DNA from: Candidatus Aldehydirespiratoraceae bacterium
GTDB taxonomy: Bacteria > Actinomycetota > Acidimicrobiia > Acidimicrobiales > Aldehydirespiratoraceae
Direction: 5' to 3'
Assembly: GCA_965221585.1 (NCBI GenBank)
Contig: OZ244898.1
Coordinates: forward strand, 1,209,420 to 1,273,419
Length of the DNA: 64,000 nucleotides
The notes under the pieces are model-generated. The model worked only from the letters and a program-made list of their open reading frames with translations, was not told the DNA's origin and made no database searches. Made by a program: the position numbers and the translations under genes. Positions 18,428 through 25,792 of this stretch are shown one piece after another (the stretch's first letter is position 1; every line of letters starts with the position of its first letter).

Positions 18428-18582
18428 CCGTGCGTGTCCGGGGCACCGGCGGGAAAGTGAGTGGTGAGCAGGTGTTTCCCAAGCAGCGGGATCGGTCTCC
18501 CTCAGAACCTCGTGGGGGACGTAGGTGGAAGCGTCACGGTCGTATTCGCTGAGACGTTCACGCACGACCGGTTCGAGGCCGG
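18428..18582 (+). repeat. Right direct repeat (partner of 5988-6140)
   Basis: See the left-repeat entry. This copy is the 5' part of the integrase pseudogene. Confidence 0.8.
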
Positions 18583-19078
18583 TGGCAGCCGCGAGCAGCT
18601 CAGCGGTCTGGCGCGCGAGCCGCATCGGGCTGCTGTAGGGTGTCCGCTGGCACCGCGAGCTGCAGGTTGAGGCGGCCGACCTCGTAGGGGAGGCGTGGCG
18701 CAAAACGGCTACTTCTTCACCACGGTCATCGGAACCCACACTCATCTCGACAACGTTGGCAAGTGCTTCACCGAACTCGTGCGAGCCTCCAACGTCCCGT
18801 ACTTCACGATGCACGGCCTTCGACACACCCACGCCACGCACCTACTCTCGATGGGCCAGAACCACAGGATGGTCAGCGCACGCCTTGGCCATCCCGACAT
18901 CGTCTTCACGCTCTAGGTCTACGGCCACGTCTTGCCCGGTCACCAGCGAGAAGTCGCGGAGGCCGCTGCGGGGCTGGTGGACTGGGCTGCCGACATCTAC
19001 TGGAGATCCACTGGAATAGCCCTCCAGTCCAGTAAGGTTCCAGTATGTCCAAGACAACAGACACCAGCAGCGTCCTGA
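18428..19078 (+). pseudogene. Tyrosine recombinase/integrase pseudogene (N-terminally truncated, frameshifted, in-frame TAG)
   Basis: GYFFTTVIGTH...FTMHGLRHTHATHLLSMGQNHRMVSARLGHPDIVFTL-TAG(18914-18916)-VYGHVLPG holds the catalytic HxLRHT / LGH / Y-GH boxes. The upstream part (RWHRELQVEAADLVGEAW) is in another frame. Confidence 0.8.
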
Positions 19079-19159
19079 AGCAAGCGCTCGCGGCTGTCGA
19101 CGAGGCGGGGTTGCCTGACAATCTCCCGCGAAGCCGGGTTCCAAGCAGCCATCGGGCTA

Positions 19160-19651
19160 TTGCGCGCCGACAGCGAGACAGCGTCGCGCACACGTCGCGT
19201 CGCGAATCAGCCCAAGTCGACTGAACGGGATAGCGGCGAGGAGCTCGACCACGCAGACACCACGGGCAAGCTGTCAGCGGTCGCTACTTCGTTCGGTGTT
19301 GCCGACGACCAGATCGACCGGATCTTCGACGACCACGATGGTGTGCTGCAGTTCTGCGGCGATGTGGGGAAACTGGGCGAGAACAAGTCGGCGAGAGTAA
19401 AGACCCTGGCCCTACTCCTCATGGTGGCCCGGCAGGCCGGCGGGTACGACGAGCAGCGGACCGATGATGCAGTCATACGCGCTGAGGTCGACCGCCATGG
19501 GCTGCTCGATTCGTCGAACTACACCAAGCACACCAAGCCGCTCAAGAAGTTCGCAAACGTGAACGGGGCCGGAAAGACGGCGACCTACAAGGTCAAGTTC
19601 GAGGGCCGCGAGGAGGCCAAGGAATTCGTCGCGACGCTCTTAGCGGACTGA
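19160..19651 (+). CDS. Hypothetical protein, first gene of a two-gene cassette
   Basis: Its stop lies 1 nt before the next start. An ATG at 19045 opens MSKTTDTSSVLKQALAAVDEAGLPDNL in the adjacent frame. This could join the ORF by a 1-nt shift near the CCC run at 19124-19127, so the true N-terminus is uncertain. Confidence 0.55.
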   Translation: MRADSETASRTRRVANQPKSTERDSGEELDHADTTGKLSAVATSFGVADDQIDRIFDDHDGVLQFCGDVGKLGENKSARVKTLALLLMVARQAGGYDEQRTDDAVIRAEVDRHGLLDSSNYTKHTKPLKKFANVNGAGKTATYKVKFEGREEAKEFVATLLAD

Positions 19652-19652
19652 C

Positions 19653-20498
19653 TTGTCCCAGCGATTTGGCCTTCAACTGCAGGCGCTGTCGAGCGCTGCG
19701 GATCAGGTGCTCGTACTTGGCGACCTGCTTGCTCGTCGAACACCGGAGGGGCAGTTCACGGCCGCCCAGATCACGAGCGCCTTCTACGACTTGAGCGTTC
19801 CGCCACCCGGAAACGTGGGCACGATGCTGGGTGCCCTTCGGAAGCGTGGGCACGTTTTGCGGCATCCGGTCGGTCTTTGGGGGCTGACTCCTTTGGGCGC
19901 AGAGGCTGTTCTCGACCTCGGTCTTGAGGTCGCCTCGGAGGTCGAGCGGCACACTGTGCCCCAGGACGGCGCTGAGTTTGCACATGTCGATCACACCGTG
20001 ATCCCGAGCTGGGCGGCTCCGCCTCGGTGGCTCCCCGGGATTCGTCGGCTCCAGGAGCGCCATCCTTTCGAGCAGAACGTGTTCTGCATGACGCGGTTTC
20101 CGAGCGAGGGCGACATCCCGGATCCGGTTGCCGACGCCATCGAGGTTGCGCGTGAAGTCCTGGCGGGCTACTCCCTCACGTTGCATCTGGCGTCGGATGC
20201 AATCGTCGAAGACGACCTGCTCGGGAACGTGGGTGCCTATATGTGGGCCTGTCGGTACGGCTTGGCAATCGTCGAGGATCGCGTGGGACGCGACCTCAAC
20301 TACAACGCCGTCATCGAGGTCGGCGGCATGATCGTCACCGGCCGTCGCTGCACGATCCTGAAAGACCACTCAGCACCGAGCCTGCCGACAGACTTGGCGG
20401 GTCAGATCTACCGCGCAGTGGACCTCGATGACCTCGACACAGTCAGTGCAAGCCTGCACGACTGGGCGGGTTCCGATCTGGGCCTCTCTTCGCGATAG
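19653..20498 (+). CDS. Winged-helix plus TIR / nucleoside-2-deoxyribosyltransferase-like Rossmannoid domain protein (281 aa)
   Basis: The N-terminal part GNVGTMLGALRKRGHVLRHPVGLWGLTPLG is wHTH-like. The C-terminal part is NVFCMTRFP...ADAIEVAREVL...DLNYNAVIEVGGMIVTGRRCTILKD...LPTDLAGQIYR. It follows the beta-alpha pattern of NDT/TIR-like domains (vF.m.pF ... N.NV..ElG.a...gk.v..l ... lP.Dl). This is pattern recognition only. Confidence 0.55.
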   Translation: MSQRFGLQLQALSSAADQVLVLGDLLARRTPEGQFTAAQITSAFYDLSVPPPGNVGTMLGALRKRGHVLRHPVGLWGLTPLGAEAVLDLGLEVASEVERHTVPQDGAEFAHVDHTVIPSWAAPPRWLPGIRRLQERHPFEQNVFCMTRFPSEGDIPDPVADAIEVAREVLAGYSLTLHLASDAIVEDDLLGNVGAYMWACRYGLAIVEDRVGRDLNYNAVIEVGGMIVTGRRCTILKDHSAPSLPTDLAGQIYRAVDLDDLDTVSASLHDWAGSDLGLSSR

Positions 20499-20872
20499 CC
20501 GCAGTCTCCGGTCGCAGCTTCCGCGGTCGTCATGAGGAGGGACGGCGGATCTGTTGTGACCTCCGTGTGACCACGGGCGTAATTCACGCCCGAATGTCGA
20601 AACCTCAGGCCAGTAGCAAACATGCTCTGACCTAGGGGTTTCTCGTTGTGGGGGATTAGCCACCTGCCTCAACCTGCACAGTTGCACGGTCGCTCCAGAG
20701 GATTCCACATTTTGGCAGGGGGGCATTTCACATTTTTTGTTGCCCACCACCTGGGAATAACTCTGCACCCCGGCCCCCACGCCGTCGGCAACCAAAAAGT
20801 CCACGAATCAACTATCCGTTGTGCAAGGGGTAACGGCGACCTGAGGACAGTGTTTCTGCCCAGTTCTCAACT

Positions 20873-21064
20873 GTCATCGCAGCATTCGCGAAGCCGACTT
20901 TCGAACGGTTTCGGCGCATGCGCCACGCTGCCCAGTATTTCGATCCCGACGATCCTGGGGTGGCCCTGGAAGACGCTCAGTGGGCGATAGCGACAGCAAA
21001 GGCTGCGATCGGGGGGATTCGCAGCTTCAATGAGCGGGGAGATTTGGCTCTGTTTGTTCTCTAG
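20873..21064 (+). pseudogene. Possible C-terminal HEPN fragment (contains an Rx4-6H-like RFRRMRH motif)
   Basis: This frame reads VIAAFAKPTFERFRRMRHAAQYFDPDDPGVALEDAQWAIATAKAAIGGIRSFNERGDLALFVL*. The only canonical in-frame start is the internal ATG at 20918 (48 codons). About 60 aa of a normal HEPN N-terminus are missing. It overlaps the convergent NTase gene stop (CTAG). Confidence 0.25.
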
Positions 21065-21636
21065 ATCTCCACAAGCGGTCGTTGTGTGACTGTGGCGTGG
21101 AAGTTGCCGGTCCCAACGGCGAGCCAAGCAGCGGGCCGTATGGTGGCCTGAACGGGTCGCCCGAGTCTCTGCTCGGCGGTGGAGAGCGCCTCGTAGAGGG
21201 CATCACGGTCTGGGGAGCCGAGGAGCAGCAAGTCGATGTCTCCGACAGGACGCTCGTTGTCATCGCCTGTGAGACTCGCGGCCCACGACCCGAATATGTA
21301 GGCAGATTCAATTCCGTCCACGGGGGACAGAGCCTCGGCGAGGACTTGCGGCGGTCCGAACGCCTTGATGAGCACCTCTGCGAGACCCTTGAAGTACGGG
21401 CTCTCCATATTGGCCCGCACAAGCCTGGTGTTGCCGATCTTGCGGCTCTCCACCAGACCCGCCGATTCGGCACGCTCGATCTCGCGGTGGACGGAACTCA
21501 CTGGCATACTCAACTGGGCAGCGAGATCGGTCAGGCTGGACTCGATATCTGTATTGCCGAGGACCAACGTGAGCAATTCAGCCTGTTGCCGCGATCGAAA
21601 GATCGGCAGCAGACTCGGCGTTGATCCTTTTTCCAT
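21061..21636 (-). CDS. wHTH (ArsR/MarR-like) fused to a minimal nucleotidyltransferase (MNT) domain
   Basis: The N-terminal part RSRQQAELLTLVL...LTDLAAQLSMPVSSVHREIERAESAGLVESRKIGNTRL is wHTH. The C-terminal part AYIFGSWAA...GDIDLLLLG is the GS-x-DxD NTase motif. Confidence 0.8.
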   Translation of the reverse strand: MEKGSTPSLLPIFRSRQQAELLTLVLGNTDIESSLTDLAAQLSMPVSSVHREIERAESAGLVESRKIGNTRLVRANMESPYFKGLAEVLIKAFGPPQVLAEALSPVDGIESAYIFGSWAASLTGDDNERPVGDIDLLLLGSPDRDALYEALSTAEQRLGRPVQATIRPAAWLAVGTGNFHATVTQRPLVEI

Positions 21637-21641
21637 AAATA

Positions 21642-21672
21642 TGAAAGTATATTCCAGAATGTAGAACTTTCA
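21642..21672. promoter_or_regulatory. 7-bp inverted repeat TGAAAGT-N17-ACTTTCA in the AT-rich leader of the wHTH-NTase gene (candidate operator/promoter)
   Basis: Arms lie at 21642-21648 and 21666-21672, immediately upstream of the start at 21636. The local sequence is unusually AT-rich for this genome. Confidence 0.3.
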
Positions 21673-21720
21673 AACGTGTGGACGATGGAATCCGCCGACT
21701 GTCGGAGCAACGGCGTGTTG

Positions 21721-22851
21721 CTAGTGGTTGTACCAGCCGGTGCCGAAGATGATGTCGCCTTGGCGGAAGCCGCGAATGCGCATGGATGTGGGACCGGTGC
21801 CTTCGGGGTTGTCTTCGTGGGTGATCCATGCGGGTATGGCCCCGGCGTCGAGGATTGCGGGTCCGAGCAGGTCGGTGATGTCGGCGCCGATGTAGGAGAC
21901 GTCGTTGTGGAAGACGATGGTCCCGTCGGGCTCGGCATAGAACCCCAGCCACGTTCCCGCAGCGGCGTCGGCGGCGTTGTTGTAGTACTCGACGGTCTGC
22001 TGGAGGCCGCCGGACAGATTCTGGGAGTCCGTGAAGTAGGAGATGGTCTCCTCGAGGCTCGTGGAGCCCAGCCGGTCCGCGATCTCGGCGACGAGGTCGA
22101 CGATGAAGTCGTCGACGTTGATGTACCAGCCCGACCCGAACAGCAGCCCGTCGTGGCGCACCACCCAGGCGTTCTTGAGCTCGAAGTCGCTGGTGCTGTC
22201 CTCGCCGATGCTGCCGCTGGCCGGGTTGCGGTACACGTACCCGACCCACTTGCCCGCCTCGGTGGCTTCGAGCATGTCCGGGCCGAACTCGTACCCGTTG
22301 GCGTCGGTGCCGACCCAGCCGTTCAAGTCCAGGCCCAGCCGGTCGGACTCGTAGTGGCCGATCAAGGTGTCCTCAGCATCGACGACGAACACGTACCACT
22401 GCCCCTCCACGTTCGCGGGGTCGTTCACATGCTCCAACAGCGCTTCCAGGCCCGCCTGCCGGTACAGCTCGATGGCCTCGTTGACCACCACCTGGGTGTA
22501 GGCTGCGGGATCGGCTTGGGGATCGGTCCCCGGATCCTCCTGCTCGGGGCCGACGCTCCCGGTCTCGTCGGCGATGGCTATGGCGTCGCGAATCGCCTCT
22601 TGCACCTGCTCCATCGTTACCCCGTCCGGCCTGGAATCCAGCTCCTCCGACGCGGCCCGGATCGCCGCTTCCATTTCGGCCGCGGAGATGCCCGTCCCCG
22701 AGTCTGGCATGTCCGCGATCGCCTCTTCGACCACCTGCTCTACCTCGGCCCTCGACAGGCCGTTGTCACCGCCGCAGCCGGATACCACAAGACCCACGCA
22801 TGCGACCACACCGGCCCAAACCGCGCCTCGTCTCAGCACTCGACGCCCCAT
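21721..22851 (-). CDS. Lipoprotein with two Cache-like (PDC) extracellular sensor domains
   Basis: Has a lipoprotein signal MGRRVLRRGAVWAGVVACVGLVVSGC. Two repeats of a Cache-type module end in ...WYVFVVD...GWYI/GWYNH. The ORF is open to 22938, so longer starts are possible. Confidence 0.7.
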   Translation of the reverse strand: MGRRVLRRGAVWAGVVACVGLVVSGCGGDNGLSRAEVEQVVEEAIADMPDSGTGISAAEMEAAIRAASEELDSRPDGVTMEQVQEAIRDAIAIADETGSVGPEQEDPGTDPQADPAAYTQVVVNEAIELYRQAGLEALLEHVNDPANVEGQWYVFVVDAEDTLIGHYESDRLGLDLNGWVGTDANGYEFGPDMLEATEAGKWVGYVYRNPASGSIGEDSTSDFELKNAWVVRHDGLLFGSGWYINVDDFIVDLVAEIADRLGSTSLEETISYFTDSQNLSGGLQQTVEYYNNAADAAAGTWLGFYAEPDGTIVFHNDVSYIGADITDLLGPAILDAGAIPAWITHEDNPEGTGPTSMRIRGFRQGDIIFGTGWYNH

Positions 22852-23056
22852 GGCGTGCCAAGCAACCGTCGCAACCGACCCCAAAGGGAGCGAGCCGATA
22901 CCAACACCAAGAGCACTTCCTCTGCGCATGGGGGCCAACTATATACGAGGCATCCCTCATGTTATGCAGGCGGACCCTCCCGTTTCCAGGGTGGTGACGT
23001 TTCCAGGGCGTTCAGCGGGCGATGGCGGCCCGGCGGGTGCCACGAAGGCGGCGGGG

Positions 23057-24298
23057 TCACATTCCTCCGGGGCGGTTTGAGCAGTAGAAGTCCATGGGCT
23101 TGGAATAGGGCTGCCACTGGCCGTCGACCCTGGGCCGGACGCGGACATGGAAAGCGCCCGGGCCCGCGTCTCCGGCGCCGGTAATCGTTCCGGTCAGATA
23201 GTTGACTGTGAGCGTGGCCCCCGCCGCGAGGCCGTAGCGGCCGGTGCTGACCAAGGTCTGGCGGGTTCCGAACTGGATGTTGAATCGGGCGCCGCTGAAC
23301 ACTTTCTTCAGGTTAGACGGTGTATGGATGTGGTAGTCCCACCGGTCGGCGCCGACCACCTCCCAACTGCCTGGACTGCTTTCGGTGCGGTCAATCCAGT
23401 CGACATAGAAGCGAAGGGTCTGGCTGCAATCGTGGTTTCCCAGGGCGTTGCCGATGCCTTGGGGGGGAGTGCTGTTGAAGTTCTCGGTGAAGTACCCCCC
23501 GACTTCGGTGATCACAGGATCTCGGTCCAGGATCGTGGGCTCGCACTTGTTGTCGCGCTCAGGGTCGGTCATGTCGTACACGTAGTCGCTCAAGCTGCCG
23601 TGGGGCGTGTATTGGCCGTCCGTCTCCATGATCTGGCCGTCCTGGTCAAGCCTCACCCGCTGGAAGCTGACCGTGAACGTCTCATCATGCTCGGCGATGT
23701 CGTCGGATTCGATGTAATAGAAGAGTGACCCGACGGCCGCCTCTATGACTTCGCCGGTCGATACCTCGGTGAGGACCACCCTGTCGTCGGCATCGCGCTG
23801 AACGGTCCTTCCAGGGGGAACAATGGGATCACCGCTTGCGTCGAGGTCCGCGGTGTCCCCGTTGTCGAGCACCGCCACCGTCTTGAAGTCGTTACCGGAC
23901 ACACCAGCGACTACAGCAGTCTGGACTAGGCCGTGGTTGGTGCTTAATTCAAGGTCGGCATCGCTCGTCGTTCCGTGCTCCCATGTGACTACCAAGCCCT
24001 CCTTGTAGACACCGCCGTCGCTACCGGTCGGTCCGTGCCCGGTCTGCATGATCGTGATCCGGAATTGTCTCTCACCGCTGGCGGGCTCGTAGAACTCCTC
24101 CTCTTCTGAGCACTCCATCCAATACTTGTAGCCCTCATGGTCGGCGTGCGCCGACGGCGCCGCCTCCAGCCCCAGCCATACACCCAAGCCAGCCGAGGCG
24201 AGCGCCATCACGATCAACGACCGACCGAGGCGAGACAAGGTCACCCCCCTTCTCAGGGACGAATCCCAGTGGATAGCTGGCTTTCGCATCAACAACAC
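23057..24298 (-). CDS. Secreted hypothetical protein (413 aa)
   Basis: Has an N-terminal signal/TM segment LIVMALASAGLGVWLGLEAAPSAHA. I recognise no family. Confidence 0.6.
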   Translation of the reverse strand: MLLMRKPAIHWDSSLRRGVTLSRLGRSLIVMALASAGLGVWLGLEAAPSAHADHEGYKYWMECSEEEEFYEPASGERQFRITIMQTGHGPTGSDGGVYKEGLVVTWEHGTTSDADLELSTNHGLVQTAVVAGVSGNDFKTVAVLDNGDTADLDASGDPIVPPGRTVQRDADDRVVLTEVSTGEVIEAAVGSLFYYIESDDIAEHDETFTVSFQRVRLDQDGQIMETDGQYTPHGSLSDYVYDMTDPERDNKCEPTILDRDPVITEVGGYFTENFNSTPPQGIGNALGNHDCSQTLRFYVDWIDRTESSPGSWEVVGADRWDYHIHTPSNLKKVFSGARFNIQFGTRQTLVSTGRYGLAAGATLTVNYLTGTITGAGDAGPGAFHVRVRPRVDGQWQPYSKPMDFYCSNRPGGM

Positions 24299-24552
24299 CT
24301 CCTAGTGAACTCACCAACATCGCCGTGCTGGCCAAAAGCTCAAGACATGAGTGTAACCTCAGTTTCGTCACCCTGGCAACTGTGCAGCGGCCGGGATCGC
24401 CGCGCGCCAACACCCGTGCGACGCTCGCTGACACCTTCAAAGGTGGCGTGAAACGGGCCAAACCCGGTGCAAACCGATCGAAACCACCCGGACACGGCTA
24501 CGGCCAGCTAAATGGCTAACCCAAACCGAAAAAAGTGGCTGACACCCTGTTG

Positions 24553-24626
24553 TACACCCCCTGGGACTCGAACCCAGAACCTGCGGATTAAGAGTCCGTT
24601 GCTCTACCAAATTGAGCTAGAGGTGC
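24553..24626 (-). tRNA. tRNA-Lys (anticodon CTT)
   Basis: Hand-folded cloverleaf: GCACCTC/TA/GCTC..GAGC/ACGGA-CTCTTAA-TCCGC/AGGTT/CTGGG-TTCGAGT-CCCAG/GGGGTGT-A. No encoded CCA. Confidence 0.9.
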
Positions 24627-24652
24627 GCGGAAAAGCCGGAGGCGATTCTACG

Positions 24653-24727
24653 GGTGAACGAGGGGACTCGAACCCCCGACCTCCTGGACCACAACCAGGC
24701 GCTCTAACCAACTGAGCTACGCCCACC
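24653..24727 (-). tRNA. tRNA-His (anticodon GTG) with encoded G-1
   Basis: Hand-folded: G-GTGGGCG/TA/GCTC..GAGC/CCTGG-TTGTGGT-CCAGG/GGGGG-TTCGAGT-CCCCT/CGTTCAC-C. The extra 5' G opposite the C discriminator is typical of tRNA-His. Confidence 0.9.
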
Positions 24728-24815
24728 ATGTCAACCCCGAACCGGGCCGGTGGCCCGTTTCGATGGTCAGACAACGAGTGTACCGGAGTTGTGGTACCCG
24801 GCGTACGATTAATCT

Positions 24816-24889
24816 GCCTCCGTAGCTCAACTGGATAGAGCAGCGAGCTTCTACCTCGCAGGTTGCAGGTTCGAGTCCTGTCGGAGGTG
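24816..24889 (+). tRNA. tRNA-Arg (anticodon TCT)
   Basis: Hand-folded: GCCTCCG/TA/GCTC..GAGC/GCGAG-CTTCTAC-CTCGC/AGGTT/GCAGG-TTCGAGT-CCTGT/CGGAGGT-G. Confidence 0.9.
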
Positions 24890-24900
24890 CTGTGCTGTGC

Positions 24901-24999
24901 TTTCGCCGGGCGCAGCCGGAGCCGCGGTTGCTGTCGCCGGGGTGTGAGGTGGGGCGTAGCCGGAGCCCTGGTTGATTTCGCCGGGCGTGGCCGGTGGTG
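24901..24999. repeat. Three degenerate copies of the GCCGGGCG(T/C)(A/G)GCCGGAGCC repeat directly after tRNA-Arg
   Basis: TTTCGCCGGGCGCAGCCGGAGCCGCGG lies at 24901-24927. GGGGCGTAGCCGGAGCCCTGG lies at about 24951-24971. ATTTCGCCGGGCGTGGCCGGTGGTG lies at 24975-24999. Confidence 0.65.
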
Positions 25000-25047
25000 T
25001 ACGACTCGGTAGAGCAGGCCGGCCCCGTTCGATACGAGCGCGTCCGC

Positions 25048-25344
25048 TCACGCGTGTTGCGGGCGCTCAGCTTCTTTGACGTCTAGGAATCTGCGCAAAG
25101 CCTCGCGGATGATCTCACTTGTCGTCGTGCCGTCGGTCTCAGCACGGGCTTTGACCGCCGCTCGCAGTTCTGGATCGATGCGCACCGGCACCACTTCAGC
25201 CGGCCCCGAGCCGATGGCGGGTCGGCCTCTGCGCCGCTTGCGCAGCGCCTCAACGTCGTAGTCGCTGGTCTCGACTTCTTCGGCGATGGCGTCAAGGTCG
25301 GCCTCGGAGAGGATGCGGCCGGTGTTCGTCTTGTAGGTGGTCAC
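25048..25344 (-). CDS. Ribbon-helix-helix (CopG-like) antitoxin
   Basis: The C-terminal RHH is VVPVRIDPELRAAVKARAETDGTTTSEIIREALRRFL. It overlaps the upstream toxin-like gene by 4 nt. Confidence 0.7.
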   Translation of the reverse strand: MTTYKTNTGRILSEADLDAIAEEVETSDYDVEALRKRRRGRPAIGSGPAEVVPVRIDPELRAAVKARAETDGTTTSEIIREALRRFLDVKEAERPQHA

Positions 25345-25607
25345 GGTTGTTCGCCTTGCGTCGGGAGGAGTGCGTAGAACGTTGGGCGTAGCGGCATTGC
25401 ATGAATCACCATCGCGGGGCCGCCGTCGCGTTCGAGCCAGACGATCTCCAGCAGGTTCCCCGCCCGGTCAGCACCGATGGCGAGGACCCTGGGCGGATCG
25501 GTGGCCGGATCGAGTTCGACAACGGTAAGGGCGTGTTCAAGCCCGTGCAGGATCGCATCGCGGTCGAGGTCGTGCTTGAACGCGGAGCGGTGGAACTCGA
25601 CACGCAT
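25341..25607 (-). CDS. Small toxin-like protein (88 aa) upstream of the RHH antitoxin (BrnT/BrnA-like gene order)
   Basis: SAFKHDLDRDAILHGLEHAL...VLAIGADRAGNLLEIVWLE...VIHAMPLR is a pattern seen in small actinobacterial toxins paired with RHH proteins. The family assignment is tentative. Confidence 0.5.
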   Translation of the reverse strand: MRVEFHRSAFKHDLDRDAILHGLEHALTVVELDPATDPPRVLAIGADRAGNLLEIVWLERDGGPAMVIHAMPLRPTFYALLPTQGEQP

Positions 25608-25745
25608 ATTATTGTAACACGAAACCCTGGGGTAGCGCTCCGGTGCAGGGCGCTCCGTAGTGGTGGCGTCGAACGGTTCGGCTCATGGGCAGACGGTAGG
25701 TGAGAGGTGTGACACGCCTGCGTGGGAATCCTCACCTTGCGTTGC

Positions 25746-25776
25746 TTTCGCCGGGTGTGGGTGGAGCCGGGGTTGG
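25746..25776. repeat. Degenerate copy of the dispersed GC-rich repeat
   Basis: TTTCGCCGGGTGTGGGTGGAGCCGGGGTTGG; compare 24901-24930. Confidence 0.5.
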
Positions 25777-25792
25777 TCGCTAGGGTCGCGGG

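Larger units (their letters stand above)
18428..24552. mobile_element. Possible genomic island B (integrase pseudogene to the 3' end of tRNA-Lys)
   Basis: A decayed integrase sits at the left edge, followed by orphan, TA-like and secreted-protein genes. The right edge abuts the 3' end of tRNA-Lys(CTT). I found no att duplicate, so the boundaries are tentative. Confidence 0.35.

Noticed and set aside
20646-20990. 114-aa plus-strand ORF, plus the minus-strand ORFs 20370-20804 and 20867-21127, in the island B gap.
   Set aside because: No protein-like composition or motifs. The only plausible coding signal here is the short HEPN-like frame reported separately at low confidence.
21676-23184. 502-aa plus-strand ORF, plus the minus-strand ORF 21578-22249.
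   Set aside because: They are antisense or out of frame to the Cache-domain lipoprotein gene, extremely Gly/Val/Arg/Pro-rich, and have no motifs.
24512-24715. 67-aa ORF across the tRNA-Lys and tRNA-His genes.
   Set aside because: The region folds into two canonical tRNAs on the opposite strand.
24901-24999. Possible CRISPR array, prompted by the clustered repeats after tRNA-Arg.
   Set aside because: There are only about three degenerate copies with irregular spacing and no unique spacers of constant length. The same motif is scattered at other loci, and no cas genes are present.
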